Below, piece by piece: positions 25,976 through 39,525 of a DNA stretch of 64,000 nt. Where the stretch lies: contig MU054323.1 of NCBI GenBank assembly GCA_013239625.1, positions 5,445,220 to 5,509,219 on the forward strand. The letters run 5' to 3'. Numbering within the stretch: position 1 is the first letter of the stretch; each line of letters starts with the position of its first letter. The position numbers and the translations under genes are program-made. Source of the DNA: Lama guanicoe. Lineage: Eukaryota. The notes under the pieces were generated by a model. The model saw only the letters and a program-made list of their open reading frames with translations. It was not told the DNA's origin and searched no databases.

Positions 25976-26823
25976 TATGGGGAAAAGGTAACTCTTGTTA
26001 TGGGAGGGTTTTGTCAGATAGTCCTTTTTATTTTATATCAACGTGAGTTCCCCAGCATTCCTGGGGTTTCAACCATGTCTTTAAAGCTCTATAAGTTCTG
26101 CTGTTAGAATATATTCAAATTCTTTAAGACACTAGACAAACGTTTTATATATTGTATTATCATTTTTCCCTTTGTTGATTGTTTGTTTCTTCTGTAGGGA
26201 AACTAATGGAAATGTAAAAAGAATGTCTGGATAATTAATTTCAGAAGCATAGGGAAACCAGAGGGGACAGATCCGGCAGTTTACAGTTAGTCTGAATTTA
26301 CTTTATTCTGCAGAGTTTGGAAGGAAATGATGTCACCACTTGGAGTGTGAGGAAGGAGGAATTTCTTATCTGACCTTGTGGATGCTGAGACATCTCTAAG
26401 TTTTAAATAAATGTAATGGCTGACCATCCTCAGTGTTTAAATCTTACCCATCATTCAGGCTTATTCAACTATTTGTTTACAGTTTCTAAATTTACTGAAA
26501 TCTGTTCAACTGTTTTCAGGCAGCAAACAGATGGAGTTTAGTATTGGTACATTCAAATCATCAGGCTCACAAACGGAGAAAACGGACTCAGTCTAAGAAC
26601 AGACTGCATTGTTGAAGATAAAATGAAAAGGTAACCTTTACACACCAGCATTTAACTGCTGGAAAGTTCCAAACACTGATGAAAACAGTTGGCTGTCCAT
26701 CTGGAAAAGGTATTTAAAATTAACTTAAATGCAGAGTGCTATTTTAAGGTAAGAGTCGCTTCCTATGGATGTCCATTCTGTTCATACATAGGCCTCAAAG
26801 TCACAAAATATAACGTTGGAATC

Positions 26824-27135
26824 TGTTAAAGGCTAAATCGAGACATATTAAAAATTTTAAGAGGTTTTTTTTTTTTTTGAACAAAAATCGATTTCAGTCA
26901 GGTAGCGCCAAACCAGAAGTGTTGACGAGTGCTCCACCTGCAGGACAGATTTCTATGGAGAAAAGGCAGAAGCAAACTAAGAAAATCATTGATTGGCTTA
27001 AAGTCTAGTTTGTTGTTTGCGATTGGTTGTCCTCGGGTTCAATTTTGTAACCTTCACACATTTACAGGCTTAGATTTTGGTTTGCTTACATAGGCCACCA
27101 TGGCTCTACAGCAATATCAGTCTGATGGCCTCCTG
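26824..27135 (-). mobile_element. ERV1-type LTR fragment (MER93/MER57-like)
   Basis: tgttaaaggctaaatcgagacatattaaaaattttaagagg...gattggcttaaag...tttgcttacataggcc...ctgatggcctcc. Confidence 0.6.
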
Positions 27136-27310
27136 CAACTCTAAAAGTTACCACTGAATCACTTTAAAATTGAGAAAGGTTGAAGGTAGCAACTAATGTC
27201 AGCAATTTATGATGAATTCAAACTATGAAAATGCCAGATGTTAGGCTATAACATATATATGAGTGCCTTTAACAAGTTTTCCTTTTCACACCACGATTCA
27301 AGGATTTAAG

Positions 27311-27454
27311 TTTTTTTAATTTTTTAAATTTTCATTTATTTTGGGGGGGTAATTAAGTTTATTTATTTATTTTTGGTGGAAGTACTGGGGATTGAACACA
27401 GGACCTCATGCATGCAAGGCATGCACTCTACCACTTGAGCTATACCCTTCCCCC
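27311..27454 (-). mobile_element. tRNA-derived SINE (camelid Vic-1-like)
   Basis: Reverse strand GGGGGAAGGGTATAGCTCAAGTGGTAGAG (A box)...GTTCAATCCCCAGTACTTCC (B box), then (TAAA)n, TTAATTACCCCCC and an A-rich tail; TSD AAGGATTT at 27300-27307 and 27456-27463. Confidence 0.9.
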
Positions 27455-27849
27455 TAAGGATTTTAATAAAGTGTTCTAATCAATAGCAGAATGCCTGACC
27501 AAAGCCATTAGCCTCAGCATTAGAAGGCTAAAAGGTAACACTGTCCCAACTATATCATAGCTACTAAGAGGGTATGGCAGTAATTAGCCTGGAAATATGG
27601 TTAAATTACTTAAGTGTTACCCAGAATAAATCAGGGAGCAGACACACCCCAGCTTCCAAAATTAAAATCACAATGGACTCACACAGCAGGTTAGTAAGTC
27701 CTTTTGGGAATTTTGTTCTGTCTCCAAAATATGCAAGTTCATAATCGTGGCCAGAGGATGACAGGTCATTGGAACAACATCAGATTCATATAGTCTCTTC
27801 CATGACTGCATGGCTCCCTTGTATATTCCTTAGCAGAGACTAAGTTTAA

Positions 27850-28258
27850 GAAAGGTGAGACAGACACAGAGCTCACTAGGACATCCATGTGCTCCTCTAC
27901 ATGTCACAGCCTCCCTTGTGATTGGGCTGGAGCCATGTAACTGGGCTCTGGATAGGAAAAGAGTGGAAGTGATAAACTGCTTTGTGGCCTGACTATTAAA
28001 AACATTTCATCATGGGATCCAGCCTCTCTTCCCCTTCTATGGCAATGCAAGAAGTCATGATTTAGCCACTAGATGGAAGCAGTCTAGGACTCAGAACTCA
28101 GTGTGTGGAAGAGACACACAGGAGGAATGCCCAATATACACTGGGTGTTGCCTCAGAAAGATATGGACGTCCTCTTTTCTGTTACTGTTATTAAGCCGGT
28201 GGGATTTCAGGATGTATTTGTTACTGCAGCATAACCTACCATAAGCTGACTAATATAA
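27850..28258 (+). mobile_element. MLT1 (J/K-like) solo LTR
   Basis: cagcctcccttgtgattgggctggagccatgtaac...tttgttactgcagcataacctaccataagctgactaatat. Confidence 0.75.
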
Positions 28259-29504
28259 AGCTAATAAAAAGGATCTTTCTGTTTTGACAATAACACAGCA
28301 GAAAATACTTTTGATTCCTTTCATGCCTGATATGTCCCTGAGAGAGTTCTGTTATAAAAGATAACTTTGCTTGATATTCAATCAACAAGAGGGCTTAGAT
28401 GTATAAAAGAATAATTTCAGCCAGTTTCCAAAATTAAGAATCACATAACCTTCCATTTGTACAGCAACACCAGCTTTTTTCATAATGCTTTCATGCACAC
28501 ATCTTCACAACAGCCCTAGAACTTTTTTTAAAGTGTATAAAATCTCAATTTTACGATTGAACAAAGTGAGTAACAGCAGGATTTTAAGTAAGATGTCCAG
28601 TAACTCAGTGAGTCAGAGCACAGACGAGAGACAGGCTGCTGCCTTTGGTCCTGTAATCAAGAAATGCTCCAAGCTTTCAGCCTTGTTGCAGATTTTTACA
28701 AGCTCCTCTTTTAATAACCTTTCTCCATTGCGTTCCTGACTTATTACCTCCCTGGCTCCCAGCACTCTTATTTATATGCAGACTCATTCCAGCTGCACAT
28801 TCCAATGTTTATGCTGTGTTTACTATGTTGTCTCCTAACTAGAGTCCATTATCTGCTGAAACAAGAAGGATGTTCACGAATAAAACACAGCTTGCCTGTG
28901 GCTGCCAGACCAGCCGAGCCCATCGCAGGAGGCAGAGATGCATCTTTGCTGATGGGGAGTAAACTGCTGTTTTCATATGAGCTTCCCCTTGGGTGGCTCT
29001 CACAGTCGGAGAAGGACTAGAGGGCTGAGAGCATGTGACTTACTTCAGGGAACCAAGCCAAGTGCCATTTCAAAGTTTCATTTCCAGGCAAGCTTTGCCC
29101 TCTGACCAGGAACCAGGCTGCAGGGTAGATTGGCCATATTCAGAGCTGCTGATGGACTTGAGATCAGGGAGGTTGCATTTGTAGTCAAATTGACTTAAAC
29201 AGAAGAAAGAAAGACTATATGATGGTGGTCGGAATACTTGACCTAAATTGACTACTTGGATTGAACATAGCTCAAAGCCAGGTTCAAAAGCTGTCACTAC
29301 GCTTCCTGTCTAAATCACCCGTCTGGCAATTACAAGAAGAGGTGTCTAGCTTAGGCAGTGCAGGAAAGCCTGGGAGGAGGGCTGAGCACAGAGCAAACCA
29401 CTCTCACCAAGAGCCCCAAGCCAGGTTAGGCCCCTCCCTCCTCCCTTCTGCCAAGTACTAATGGCCATTATGGAAGGTGGTAAAAATGTAGACTAATGTA
29501 GGTG

Positions 29505-29790
29505 TGATGTAGAGCCTGCTGGCTTTGAAGTCAGACAATTATGTTTTCAAAATCTGGCTCAGTGCTTAATAGCTGGGCGACCTTGCTCAAGTAACTTAAC
29601 GTCTCTATGACTTGCTCTTCTCATATGTAAAACAGGAAGTAAGAATAACTTCCTTTGTTGAGTTGTTGTAAGGATTAGGGATTATACATACAAACATTCA
29701 CACACATGTATAATGCTTGGTATGTCATAAGCCCTGGCATATGATCAGTCCTCAGTAAATGGTAGCACCTTAGCTGTTTTTATAATTATG
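29505..29790 (+). mobile_element. MIR SINE
   Basis: ggctttgaagtcagac...gctgggcgaccttgctcaagtaacttaacgtctc...gttgttgtaaggattag. Confidence 0.8.
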
Positions 29791-32700
29791 ATTATTAAGT
29801 GAAAAACTGTGTATTTGTGCTCTTGCTCTGATCTACCTCTCACCATCTCTATGAAAGCCATCTGTGCGGTATCAGCCCCTGAAAACAAACAAGCCCCCTT
29901 CATACGGAATAGAACCCAGCACAGTGCCCAACACTTAGTACACACTCAATATACATTTCTTGAATTGAATTAAATTGAACTGAATTGTGCCCAAAATTTT
30001 ATATCCATAGGCAGCTTCTTCGGTTTGCTTTATTGGCTTCGATATTCATCTAAAAATTAAGCTTGGCTTACTCCTGCCTGGAACTTCTGAGTGTTTTGGC
30101 TCAAGTTATGAAATGTTTATGACTTTATGTATGAAGAATTTTATATTTTATCAAGTGCTTTCACATAATTATATTAATACTGTGGTGCAGTTAAAAAAAA
30201 TAGGAACAAAACTGATGGATCGATCGTGTTTCTATCTGTATGCTGCACACTTTGGATGGGTCTTCTGAGAAAAAGTGGAAGCGATCCACAAAGAGGCTGT
30301 AGAATTATACCCAGGGATGAGAGTTTAATACTGCAGAATATTAGTGTCACGGCTTCCAAGTCTGTGGCGGGGTCCTAAGATGAGAAGGGGACTTAGAGGT
30401 CATCTAGTCCTACCCCCAGCCCAGGCAATGTCTGCCAGCTCGTCTCAGGGAAACTGTGAACAGTGCGGACTCCACATGCATTGGCACCGACCCCAGTCCA
30501 CGCTGCCAGGCCCTGGGGCGGCAGGTACCCGCAGCTGAGGAGGGGCTCACGGACCTGTAAGGCTTGTGTTGACCACTGCATACCGAGGAACCTTGCCTGG
30601 TCACCTCCATCTTATGAAATTAAACAGGAACGTGCAAGGTTTGTTGAACTGAATGTGCTTTTAAGGCACAGAGCTCTAGAGCGTAAGTGTGTTCATTTGG
30701 GCATGTATTCACATTTCAAGGTCTAGATGCAATTAATACAATGAGGTCACACAGCGGGCATAAAGCGCAGTGCAGTTCACACACAACCTCTCACTTCTGG
30801 AGGTCACGTGTTACTTTTTAAAGAAGATCTGGTTTGGCTATTAACCTAGATTTCATTTAGTGCACATGTCCTTCATGAAAATGTTTCTGAGTGCTTCCTT
30901 TACATCCTTGGGAGTGAGCGGTGGAGGTGAAGTCATAACCTGCAAACTAAGGTGGTCTAAGAGCCAGTCCAGGCAGTGACCAGGTGAAGGCCTGGGTGTC
31001 ATTCCTGTCCATGCCAGGGTCACGAGTCTATAGAGCGAGGCTCGGGTAGTTCTAGCCACCCTGGCTGGACGATGGCAGGCCCCTTATCCGCATGCCCAAA
31101 GATCTACTTACATTTTAAATCACTGCTGTGTCCTGGGGTTACATTTTGATAGCTGCCGAGTGGTTAAATTCAGAATCTTTCCTCTGAACGGTAAATAGTT
31201 TACTTTTCAAATAGCATAATTTTTGAAGTTTTTATTCCTCACCATCACTGTGTTAAGAAAGCTGTCAAGTTTTGGAATTTCATGGAGAAATGTGAAGTGG
31301 CCTTTGCAAGTGCCAGATGAACCCTCTGGGGCCTGACATTCTAAACGTGACGGCTCTATTTACATATATATTGTCCTTCCTAGGAAATGCTGTAGGTTTA
31401 GATTTGGGATTACTGTATATAGACAGCTTTGGCTGCCACAGGGGCCTTGTCTTTCTTATATTCATGCATGCATTCATTTATTCATTCAGTCACTCATTTA
31501 TTTACTTAAAAAGTTTATTGTTTTGTCTTTGATATCTGGGGAGGTCTGGGCTCCTGTTCTGCCAGTAAAGAGGGTGACAGGAGTCAGGAGTCAGGTGTCT
31601 AGAGTAGGGAACCCAAACACCCAGGTTGATAAGAACATGGATCCTTAACAATTTTTATCCTACCCAAAGAATTTTCAGTCAAATAAAGAAATTGTATTGC
31701 TGTTCACCTAGAGTTCACTTGACTTAACTGTGAACATATGAGATCCTTCCAGAGGCCTTCTCCTAAGAAAGCCAGTTTGTATCTATCCTTGCATTAGGCT
31801 GGTTTTTCTCTTTGCCTCTCTTCTCTTTGGCTGGAGTTTTCTGGACATGGCTCATTAAGTCTTGCTGAGAAGGCAAATAAAGCTCCAAGTGGATTGCTCT
31901 TGCCCTTCAAAATGCGGCTGAAGAAGGAACAGAATTTCAGGGAGTACCACCCCTGGGAGGAAAAAGTTATACCAGAGTCCAGTACCTACCATAGTTGCCA
32001 GTAACTCCAGCAAGAGTGGCAGCAGTGATGCTAATTACAGTGATCTGAACTGTAATGTCACAGCTCTGGATTAGGAGCACACATGTATCAGTCTTCCAGT
32101 GGGACACTTACAAGCACCCTGAGAAACAGATTCAGTGTCCCCTTTTTTCAGATGGTAAAACCGAGAGCACAAAGGTCGCGTGGGCTACCCAAGTCCCTCT
32201 TCAGTTAGCAGAGGGCTGAGTTGGGATTCAAAGCAGCCCTTGGGCTACACTGCCTTCTTTAGCCAGTTACCGTATTAAAAAGGCAAAGAATGGAATCACA
32301 GACATGGCTGAAATTTTTAAGCTTTTATAATGTCCCCACATGTATTATTTGTTTCTTCATTTCCCCTGTAGTGATAATCAGTAAGAGTCAAGTGGTGCAA
32401 GAGAAACAGTGCCTCCCAGATTACGGATATAACCAAGGGATATAACAGGGATAAGGACAGTAAAAAAAAAAAGAAAGGTAGCTGAGTTGATAGATCCTGC
32501 TTCAAGGAAGAGAGCGATGTGAGACCTAGATTTAGGACGAGTTTCTGGAATATAACCATCACAAGGCCTCTGTGCTTCCCCACAAATGTCTGAAAGTTTT
32601 GCAGAAGAGCAGAGAACCTTACTATACAAAGAATGAGAAGCTTAAATCAAAATATAATTTATGGACTTGTTCATTATTTTCCATCACTTGACCTACTTAG

Positions 32701-32799
32701 TTCTCCTTAATCATGAATATGCACATAGCCATGCCTCTAAGAATGAGCACACAACTGGAGATGAGGAAAGATGATGAGGAAAGTATCTGCCTGGTGTTC

Positions 32800-33500
32800 A
32801 GTCAGTTCATGCATTCAAGGAGTGAGTAGATACTGAGTCCCACTTCAGTGCTGGGTGCCACGATCAGCAGTGAGAGAACAGAGGACTCGAGTACAGCACC
32901 CTTGCCTTGAGGGACTGATATAGTATCTTGTATTTGGGGTGAAGGGAGTAAGAAAGATGATCTACTCAGAGGAGTGATGGCTATGCACATGTGCGTCAGG
33001 TATGGGGGACACAGGCAGTGGCTAAAATGTCTTAAGGCCGTACATTACCCTGGGTGACCAAAGAACAACCACACATTTTTTCTTCGGCAATGTAGTTCTC
33101 ATACGTGGGAATAGAGAAAGCCACAATGCCAGCACGTTCTGTGGAGGAAGAGCTAGAGAGAGATGCTCAGAGCTTGCACCTCTCTGTGACAATGAGAAAG
33201 CATCATGGCCAGTTCAAGACAAGCCACAGGTCCACAGATGGGGAAAGATTAAAATTCCCAAAACAATCAGGTCATCTACGTACTGGGCAATTGTGTTAAC
33301 TTTTACATTTATGTTTTTGTTTTAAGCAACACAGAGCGACAATGGAGAGGTGAGGTCTGGCAAAGAGTCACTAGGAGGATAATATTTGGTGTTAATATTG
33401 AAGGCTGGGAAAGAGTATATCAAGGAAGAAGGAAAAGAAGGGAGTTCCAAGTACAGGAAATAGTGTGTGCAAAGAAGGTGAGGGAGAACAAGGCAATTTA
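32800..33500 (-). mobile_element. L2 fragments
   Basis: ttcatgcattcaagg...actgagtcccacttcagtgctgggtg...ccttgccttgaggg; ggcaaagagtcactaggaggataatatttg...ggaaatagtgtgtgcaaag. Confidence 0.55.
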
Positions 33501-34479
33501 TCCCCCTAGCACTCAAGGGTAAGCCTTCCTTCCACTCAGGGTCACCACAGGTAAAGAAAGATCCTACTAGGGGTTAGTGACTTAAGGTGAGTCCCCCACA
33601 ATAATACTGATAATAAAACACACCTTATTTTTCTTTTGCATAGGATTGTACTCCAGTCATCTAGTTCTCAAAGGTGGAATTTAGGTCATTTTTTTTAAAT
33701 ATTTATGGAACAGATTATAATCCTGGCCCCACGTGGGTAGGTTCTGATGTTAACAGGGAGAGAATCTGGGCGGGGGTGACAGAACTGGTGTTATACATCA
33801 TAAGGCATCAAGCCAATGGTCCAGTAATGTAGGCAGGAGGCACTCATATTTCTAAAAACAAGGCAGTGGGTAATAGATGTAAAGAGGTAGAACTGAGCAG
33901 AACCCTGTGTCCTCCCCCAATCCCGCCAAGTACAAAGGCCCCTCCATATCCCCTGACACTTTAGCTGCCACCAGAGGGGCAAAGCTGACTGCATGATGAC
34001 CAGACCACAGCTGTGACATTAAGCTGCTCCATCTTGAGCAGTACCGAACCCATGGCCAGCACAATGCCCAGAACTGGCCTTAAGAGAATGAGATTAACAC
34101 TATTGCTCATAATAATCCATATCTTGGTAGACATCAAAATAATTGTAGCTTGTTCTGCCCATATGTGTAAACAGGCAACTAAAAGTGTCAGCAAACAAAT
34201 GCTTCAAACCCGTGTTGGTATCTTTCACTCTAACACCTCAATGCCCTTTCTCAGCATAAAGAAGTGACAGAAGATGGACCTTCGTCCCGAATCCCATAGT
34301 AATGGAATGATATCTGATGGGGGGGGGATTTGTAAGCAGCTCTTTGAAGGAAATCACCCTCAGAAGGAAACCCCTTTTCTGGGTCAATTTAAGCAAAGCT
34401 ACATGTAACTAACTTTTAAACCTGGTGCCTCCATGCCCTACTCATCTCTGGCCCAAGCACATCTTTCAAATCTTTTGAT

Positions 34480-34902
34480 CACACAACACCTTGCCTAACC
34501 TATTGGTTCTTTCTGTAGATCAAAGAAGCACGAAGAAAGGATAAGTAATTAATGGTTGACCAGATTTCTTTCCTAGCTTTCCCTTCAGTAATCTCATGAA
34601 CAAACTGTGTGAACAAAATAGCATCTAAAGACAGTTCACAAGAAGTCAACGTGCCTGCACGTAGCAGGGGATGGCAATGACTCTGACCCCAATCTCAATG
34701 ATTAACTAAGATTTTTTTCCCTTTTTCCCTTTAAAAACTTTCATGGCCAAGCAGAATCTTCAGAGTTGGTTTTGGGGAGATACTGAGTCTACCATCTCCC
34801 CAGATTGCCATCATTCTAATTAAATTAAACTCCTTTCTACCAACAATTGCCCCTCGGTATTGATTTCTGAGCAGCGAGCAGCCAGACCTGAGTTAGGTAA
34901 CA
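34480..34902 (+). mobile_element. ERV1-type LTR (MER39/MER34-like); 5' boundary uncertain
   Basis: Characteristic 3' end gagcagcgagcagccagacctgagttaggtaaca; ccctttaaaaac TATA-like region; ATTAAA. Confidence 0.7.
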
Positions 34903-34909
34903 GGTTCTT

Positions 34910-35450
34910 GGACAGAATGGATGTTGGAGGAGGTAGAGGCACACTTTCTTTGCCAAATGAATTAAATGACTTGACAGATGAGGCAAGGAAGAGGGCACTG
35001 GGCATTCCAGGAAGAGAACAGGCTATTCAGCAATGCAAAGAGCCGCAAGTGTGGTGTAAACCTGGGGATGGAAAATATTATAAAGTATATATTAGAAAAA
35101 AATTCTAGAGGGCCTTAATAGCCAGGCTAAGCTTAACCTTTGGTAGGCAATGGAGGACCCCTGAATTTTCTTAAGCAAGGCAGTGACTTTAGAAGATTAA
35201 CCTGTCAGGGAGCATGCAATAACAGATATCCAAGGGGCAGAGAGGCAGAATGCCCAGTTGAACCAGTATCATCTGAGTGTGCAGTGATGAGAACTGCACT
35301 GGAGTTCTGATGGTGGACGCAGAGACAAGGGAAACACACTGAGAGATGATGAGTGGCGGTGATTTATACTGTGTGCGAAACATTGAATGAAATAAAACGT
35401 GTGAAGGAAGGTGTAATGTTGGGGAGAAGGTGCCGAGGTGTAACAAGAAA
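34910..35450 (-). mobile_element. L2 fragment
   Basis: gggcattccaggaagagaac...gtaggcaatggaggacccctgaattttcttaagcaagg...tttagaagattaacctg. Confidence 0.7.
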
Positions 35451-36914
35451 AAGGATGTTCTCAACAGTTGTTCACAAGACTAAGCACGCCTTGAAGAGTT
35501 ATGGAGATTGTTCTTTTAGAAGGATTGGGGAAGCCATTCACCAGTGACACACACACAGCAACCACAGCACAACCACCACAGGGTGGTTATTGCTTTTCTA
35601 CCAGAAGACTCGCCACTTCCCTTTCCCTGAGCCTAACCAGTCGTCCCCTCTTTTCCACTCCTCCAAGCCAGACAGTCAAAGAAAAGCAAAGCAATCTGTG
35701 GGACGCCATTCAATGTGTCATTTATTCAGGGCAGCCAGGGAAGTGTGAGATGATGCACCAACTCATCCCAAACTGTCCCTGAACAGGAGGAAACAAAAAC
35801 CCCTCAAAATTATACACGGTTCATTGGGAAAGCAAGCAGGAAATATTTTGCGACGTGAGAGATGGAGGGTAGGGGGATAGAACCATCGGGATCCTATCGG
35901 CTCCCTGGTGCTTCATTTTCCTTATCATGGCTACATGGAGCCCTACTGATAACCTCAGGGATGGGAGAGGATGCGTGGTCCAGAAAGAGTGCCCTGAACA
36001 CCGTGTGGTTCTACTCCTTCTGTTATAAGAAAAGTAGGTTCTGCTGTCCAAACCTGTCCCCCTGACCCCTTCCCAAAGGCTACCTTTCCACAACAATAAT
36101 AAATGATGAGACGCTGCCCACAGGAAGGCTGCAGGAAGCCCTGCCCCTTTACACTGAGTTCATCTTCTCGTCCTGAGCCAGCCACTCTCACGGAGTTAAA
36201 CTCTCGTTCCCATTTTCAGTGGGAACTGCATGCATCTGCCTTGCAGACACCCAGGCCACCGCAGACCAGGGGCCCGTCAGGGGCTTCCTGACTCCTTGTA
36301 AGTCATGGAGACTTACTGCCCTCAGAATGACTCCTTAAGAATATTCTAAAGTCAATGGACCTAAGGACTTAAATAGTCAAATATTAGAGAAGGTTTTGTA
36401 AGTGGTTCTTTGCTGTGGCCCTCAAGCGATAATAAGACATCAGTCTTCAAAAGGTTTCTCAGTTACTCGGCAGGGGATATCTGCAGAATCTTCCTGGTAA
36501 ATAAGTGGCTGCCTCTCTGAAGACAAGACTAGAAAGCAAAGGTTAAGGAAATGGCATCAGGAGCCACAAATTCTTGGAGGCTGATGCTGCTCTACAGACA
36601 GTGATATTTAAACCCCATGAAATCTGTGCCCTATTTTAACTAGACCACCCCAGTCAATGAATCCATCTCTTAATTTATTTAGAAGTTGTTTTTTTCTTTA
36701 AACTATGACAGATTCAATTTCCCCCGAGATGCACCACTCCAAAATCAATGAAGACCCGTGTCTTATATTTATATGCAGTTCAGTGGGAGAGAGAAAAAGA
36801 TTTTTGAATCCTCGTGGCTAGAGATATACTTTTAGGTAACTTCAACTCATTAATTAATTATGGCTATTAAACAAATGTTTACTTTCTGCAGTATACTAAT
36901 CTATATGTCAGAGA

Positions 36915-37007
36915 ATTAAATATATATTTTTATATATATATACACACACATATATATTAAATATATATATATATTTTTATATATATATATATATACACAC
37001 ACACACA
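36915..37007. repeat. Compound (TA)n(CA)n microsatellite present as two tandem copies
   Basis: attaaa(ta)n ttttt(at)n(ac)n unit occurs twice. Confidence 0.9.
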
Positions 37008-37108
37008 AGTCATCTTCAAGAGGAGTAGAGAACCCTGCAACTTCACAGGAAATAAGGATCAGATAAGGAAAGCAGAACTGGGACACAACAGCAGTAGGAG
37101 AGAATTAG

Positions 37109-37165
37109 AAATAATGCTAATAATAATGCTAATAATGCTAATAATAATAATAATAATAATAAAAA
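37109..37165. repeat. (TAA)n / (ATAATGCTA)n simple repeat at the tail of a MIR
   Basis: aataatgctaataataatgctaataatgctaataataataataataataataaaaaa. Confidence 0.9.
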
Positions 37166-37410
37166 ATGTGTAAATAGCGCACAGCGTAAATCAAGCACTG
37201 TTCTAAGTATTCTGGATATGGTAATTCAGTTAATCCTCTCAACAGCCCTGCGAGGTGGGTGCAGTATCCATCTCCATTTTACAGATAAGGAAACTTTGCT
37301 CGTGGAAGTTAAGCACCTTACTCAAGATGGTAAAGCGAGTAAGTGGCAGGGCTGGGTTTTGAACTACACTTACACAGCTTCACTCCAAATGCCATACCCT
37401 GAACCACTGT
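37166..37410 (-). mobile_element. MIR SINE
   Basis: agcactgttctaagta...ttaatcctctcaacagccctgcgaggtgg...ccattttacagataaggaaact. Confidence 0.85.
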
Positions 37411-37584
37411 GCCGTTGGATCACGGTGCAGAATGCTCAGGAAGGCCGCCTATGGGAACTAGGTTGTAAGTGAGTCTTAAAAGATGTGCTAGAATCTGGAA
37501 GTGTGAGGAAGAACAGAAACAACCTTCCAGATAGTCTGAACCATGTGAACTAAGTTCCAGAGGCAGGGCAACCATAGAGGGGAG

Positions 37585-37810
37585 GACGGCACATGCAGAA
37601 GTATGTGGTCCCTGGAGCCAGACTCTGTAGCTTCAAATCCCGGTGCCGCCATTTATTCGCTCTGTGACTTTGGACAAGTTCCCTAACCTCTCTGTTGTCC
37701 TAGGTTTCTTATTGTAAAATGGGCATTAAAAAAATAGTACTGAACGTTAAATTGGTAAACGTTTGTAAACCACGTAGAACCACCCGCGATGCATAGTAAG
37801 AGTCAGAGGA
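37585..37810 (+). mobile_element. MIR SINE
   Basis: ctggagccagactc...ttcaaatcccgg...ctgtgactttggacaagttccctaacctctctg. Confidence 0.8.
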
Positions 37811-39124
37811 GGCTTTTTTGAGTGGGTAAATATAAATTTGGGGCACTGAGAGACTGGCCTGGCTCTAAAGCTAAATGATACTCAACTGATTGTCAGCATG
37901 CATCGTCCCTTATTTCCCTCCCCATCAAGAACCATCTCCTTGGCATCCCAACATAATTTTCACTTGGGGGTAGAATTAGAGAACAGCTCCTGGCCAAACC
38001 CTGTGATTAAGGACACCAGTGCAATTGTCATCAAAATAACCACAAACATTTACCCAGAGCCTACATGTGCAAAGCATTTTTAGGTTGTAGTTAGTAATTT
38101 AAAAAAAAAATGGAAGACTAAATCGCAGTTTGAACGCCTCTGGTGGAATCAGTTGCGTTGAAAGCAGGTGGCTGTATCGGGCCCATGGCTGACTGCAGTG
38201 CAGTCCAGATGTGGCTGATCCCAATGCTCAGAGCAGCCCCAGGAGTGAGGGAATGAGTCAAGGGGGTGAGGAGCCCTTACTAGCTCATTAGTGCTATCTG
38301 GATTTAAAAGAGAGATTCCCAAATCCCAGGAGGTGGCTCACTGCTTGGAACAAAACCCAGTGCATTAACATCCTCGTATTCCAAAATGATCCCCGAAGCC
38401 CTGCAGTTACGCTGATGGAATGTGATTTATACCAAGGCAAGCGATGCCAAGGCCCAGGCCGGGGAGGCAGCTGAGCAAGGGAAGAATTGAGAATGCGATG
38501 AATTTCTTTATTTGTGAAACTTCCAATTAAATAGGAGACATGCATCTCAGGAGTCCTGGGCTCCCAGCCCTAGGCCTTGCTGGCCTCTTTACCTCCGTGT
38601 GCCTGTGGGTTGCAGACCTAGCCTGTCACTACTTCAGACCCCTACATCTCAGCTAAGCTCTGGGCAGCCCAGCAGGTTTTGGAAAGTGCCAGCAGGGCCA
38701 TCTCTAAAAGCCTACTCCCTGAGCTTGCTGCCTTCAGTCAAACAGTTACCCCAGAGATGGTCCTAGATCCGGCTTAAAGGCTGCTACAGTTTCTTTGGGA
38801 GGATGAGACAGGGACATGTTGGTGAAGTAAGGATGGACACAATTCAGACTATGCAACAAAAATGCCACATGCAAGTTTTCTCCAGCTCCGGAATATTACA
38901 AGTTAGGTTTTCTTTTATACTCTCGCACTGCACCTGATGGTCACCACTGTAGCCCAGGATGCTGAAGAAACAGATTGGGAGCATGCTTTCTAGGGTCAGA
39001 CATGGTTTGTGTTCACAGCTCTACCATATTGTAAAATTGTCTGCACATGTTCACGAGCTCCTATCCAAGGCCATGTTCAATTAGAGATCAAATGACTATT
39101 ATTTTCAACTTGAGAGTCAATCAG

Positions 39125-39525
39125 AGTGTTAGTCTAGACAGGCCAAGTGCTGTAACAACTTCCAACTCTCAGTGGCTTAGCCACAATACAGACTTATTTC
39201 TCACTCTTCTCACAGTCTAATGTGGCAGCGGGCCGAGGGGATTGTACTCCGTGCAGTCATTAAGGGATCCAGGCTTTTCGGATGTAGCAGAACCCCACCA
39301 TCTCCTAGGACCGTGGCATTTTATTCTGATTTCTCCCTCTCCCACTGGCAGACAAGCAAAAAGCAAATGTGTTAGGAGCTAAATTTGGAAGTGACATACA
39401 TCACTCCCACTCATATCCTATTGTCACATGGACCGCATTTCCACGAAGGCAAGGTAGGAACATAGAGCCTATCTCTGGATGCAGGAGGAAAGGGAATTAA
39501 TGGGGCTTAATGAACACTTCCATTA
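39125..39525 (-). mobile_element. MLT1 (K/L-like) solo LTR
   Basis: gctgtaacaacttccaactctcagtggcttagccacaatacagacttatttctcac...gaagtgacatacatcactcccactcatatcctattg. Confidence 0.7.

Noticed and set aside
27380..27454. tRNA-like sequence
   Set aside because: It is the head of a SINE with tail and TSD, not a tRNA gene
33965..33982. CTCF-like GCCACCAGAGGGGCA
   Set aside because: An extra G displaces the conserved GGC of the core, so the match is weak
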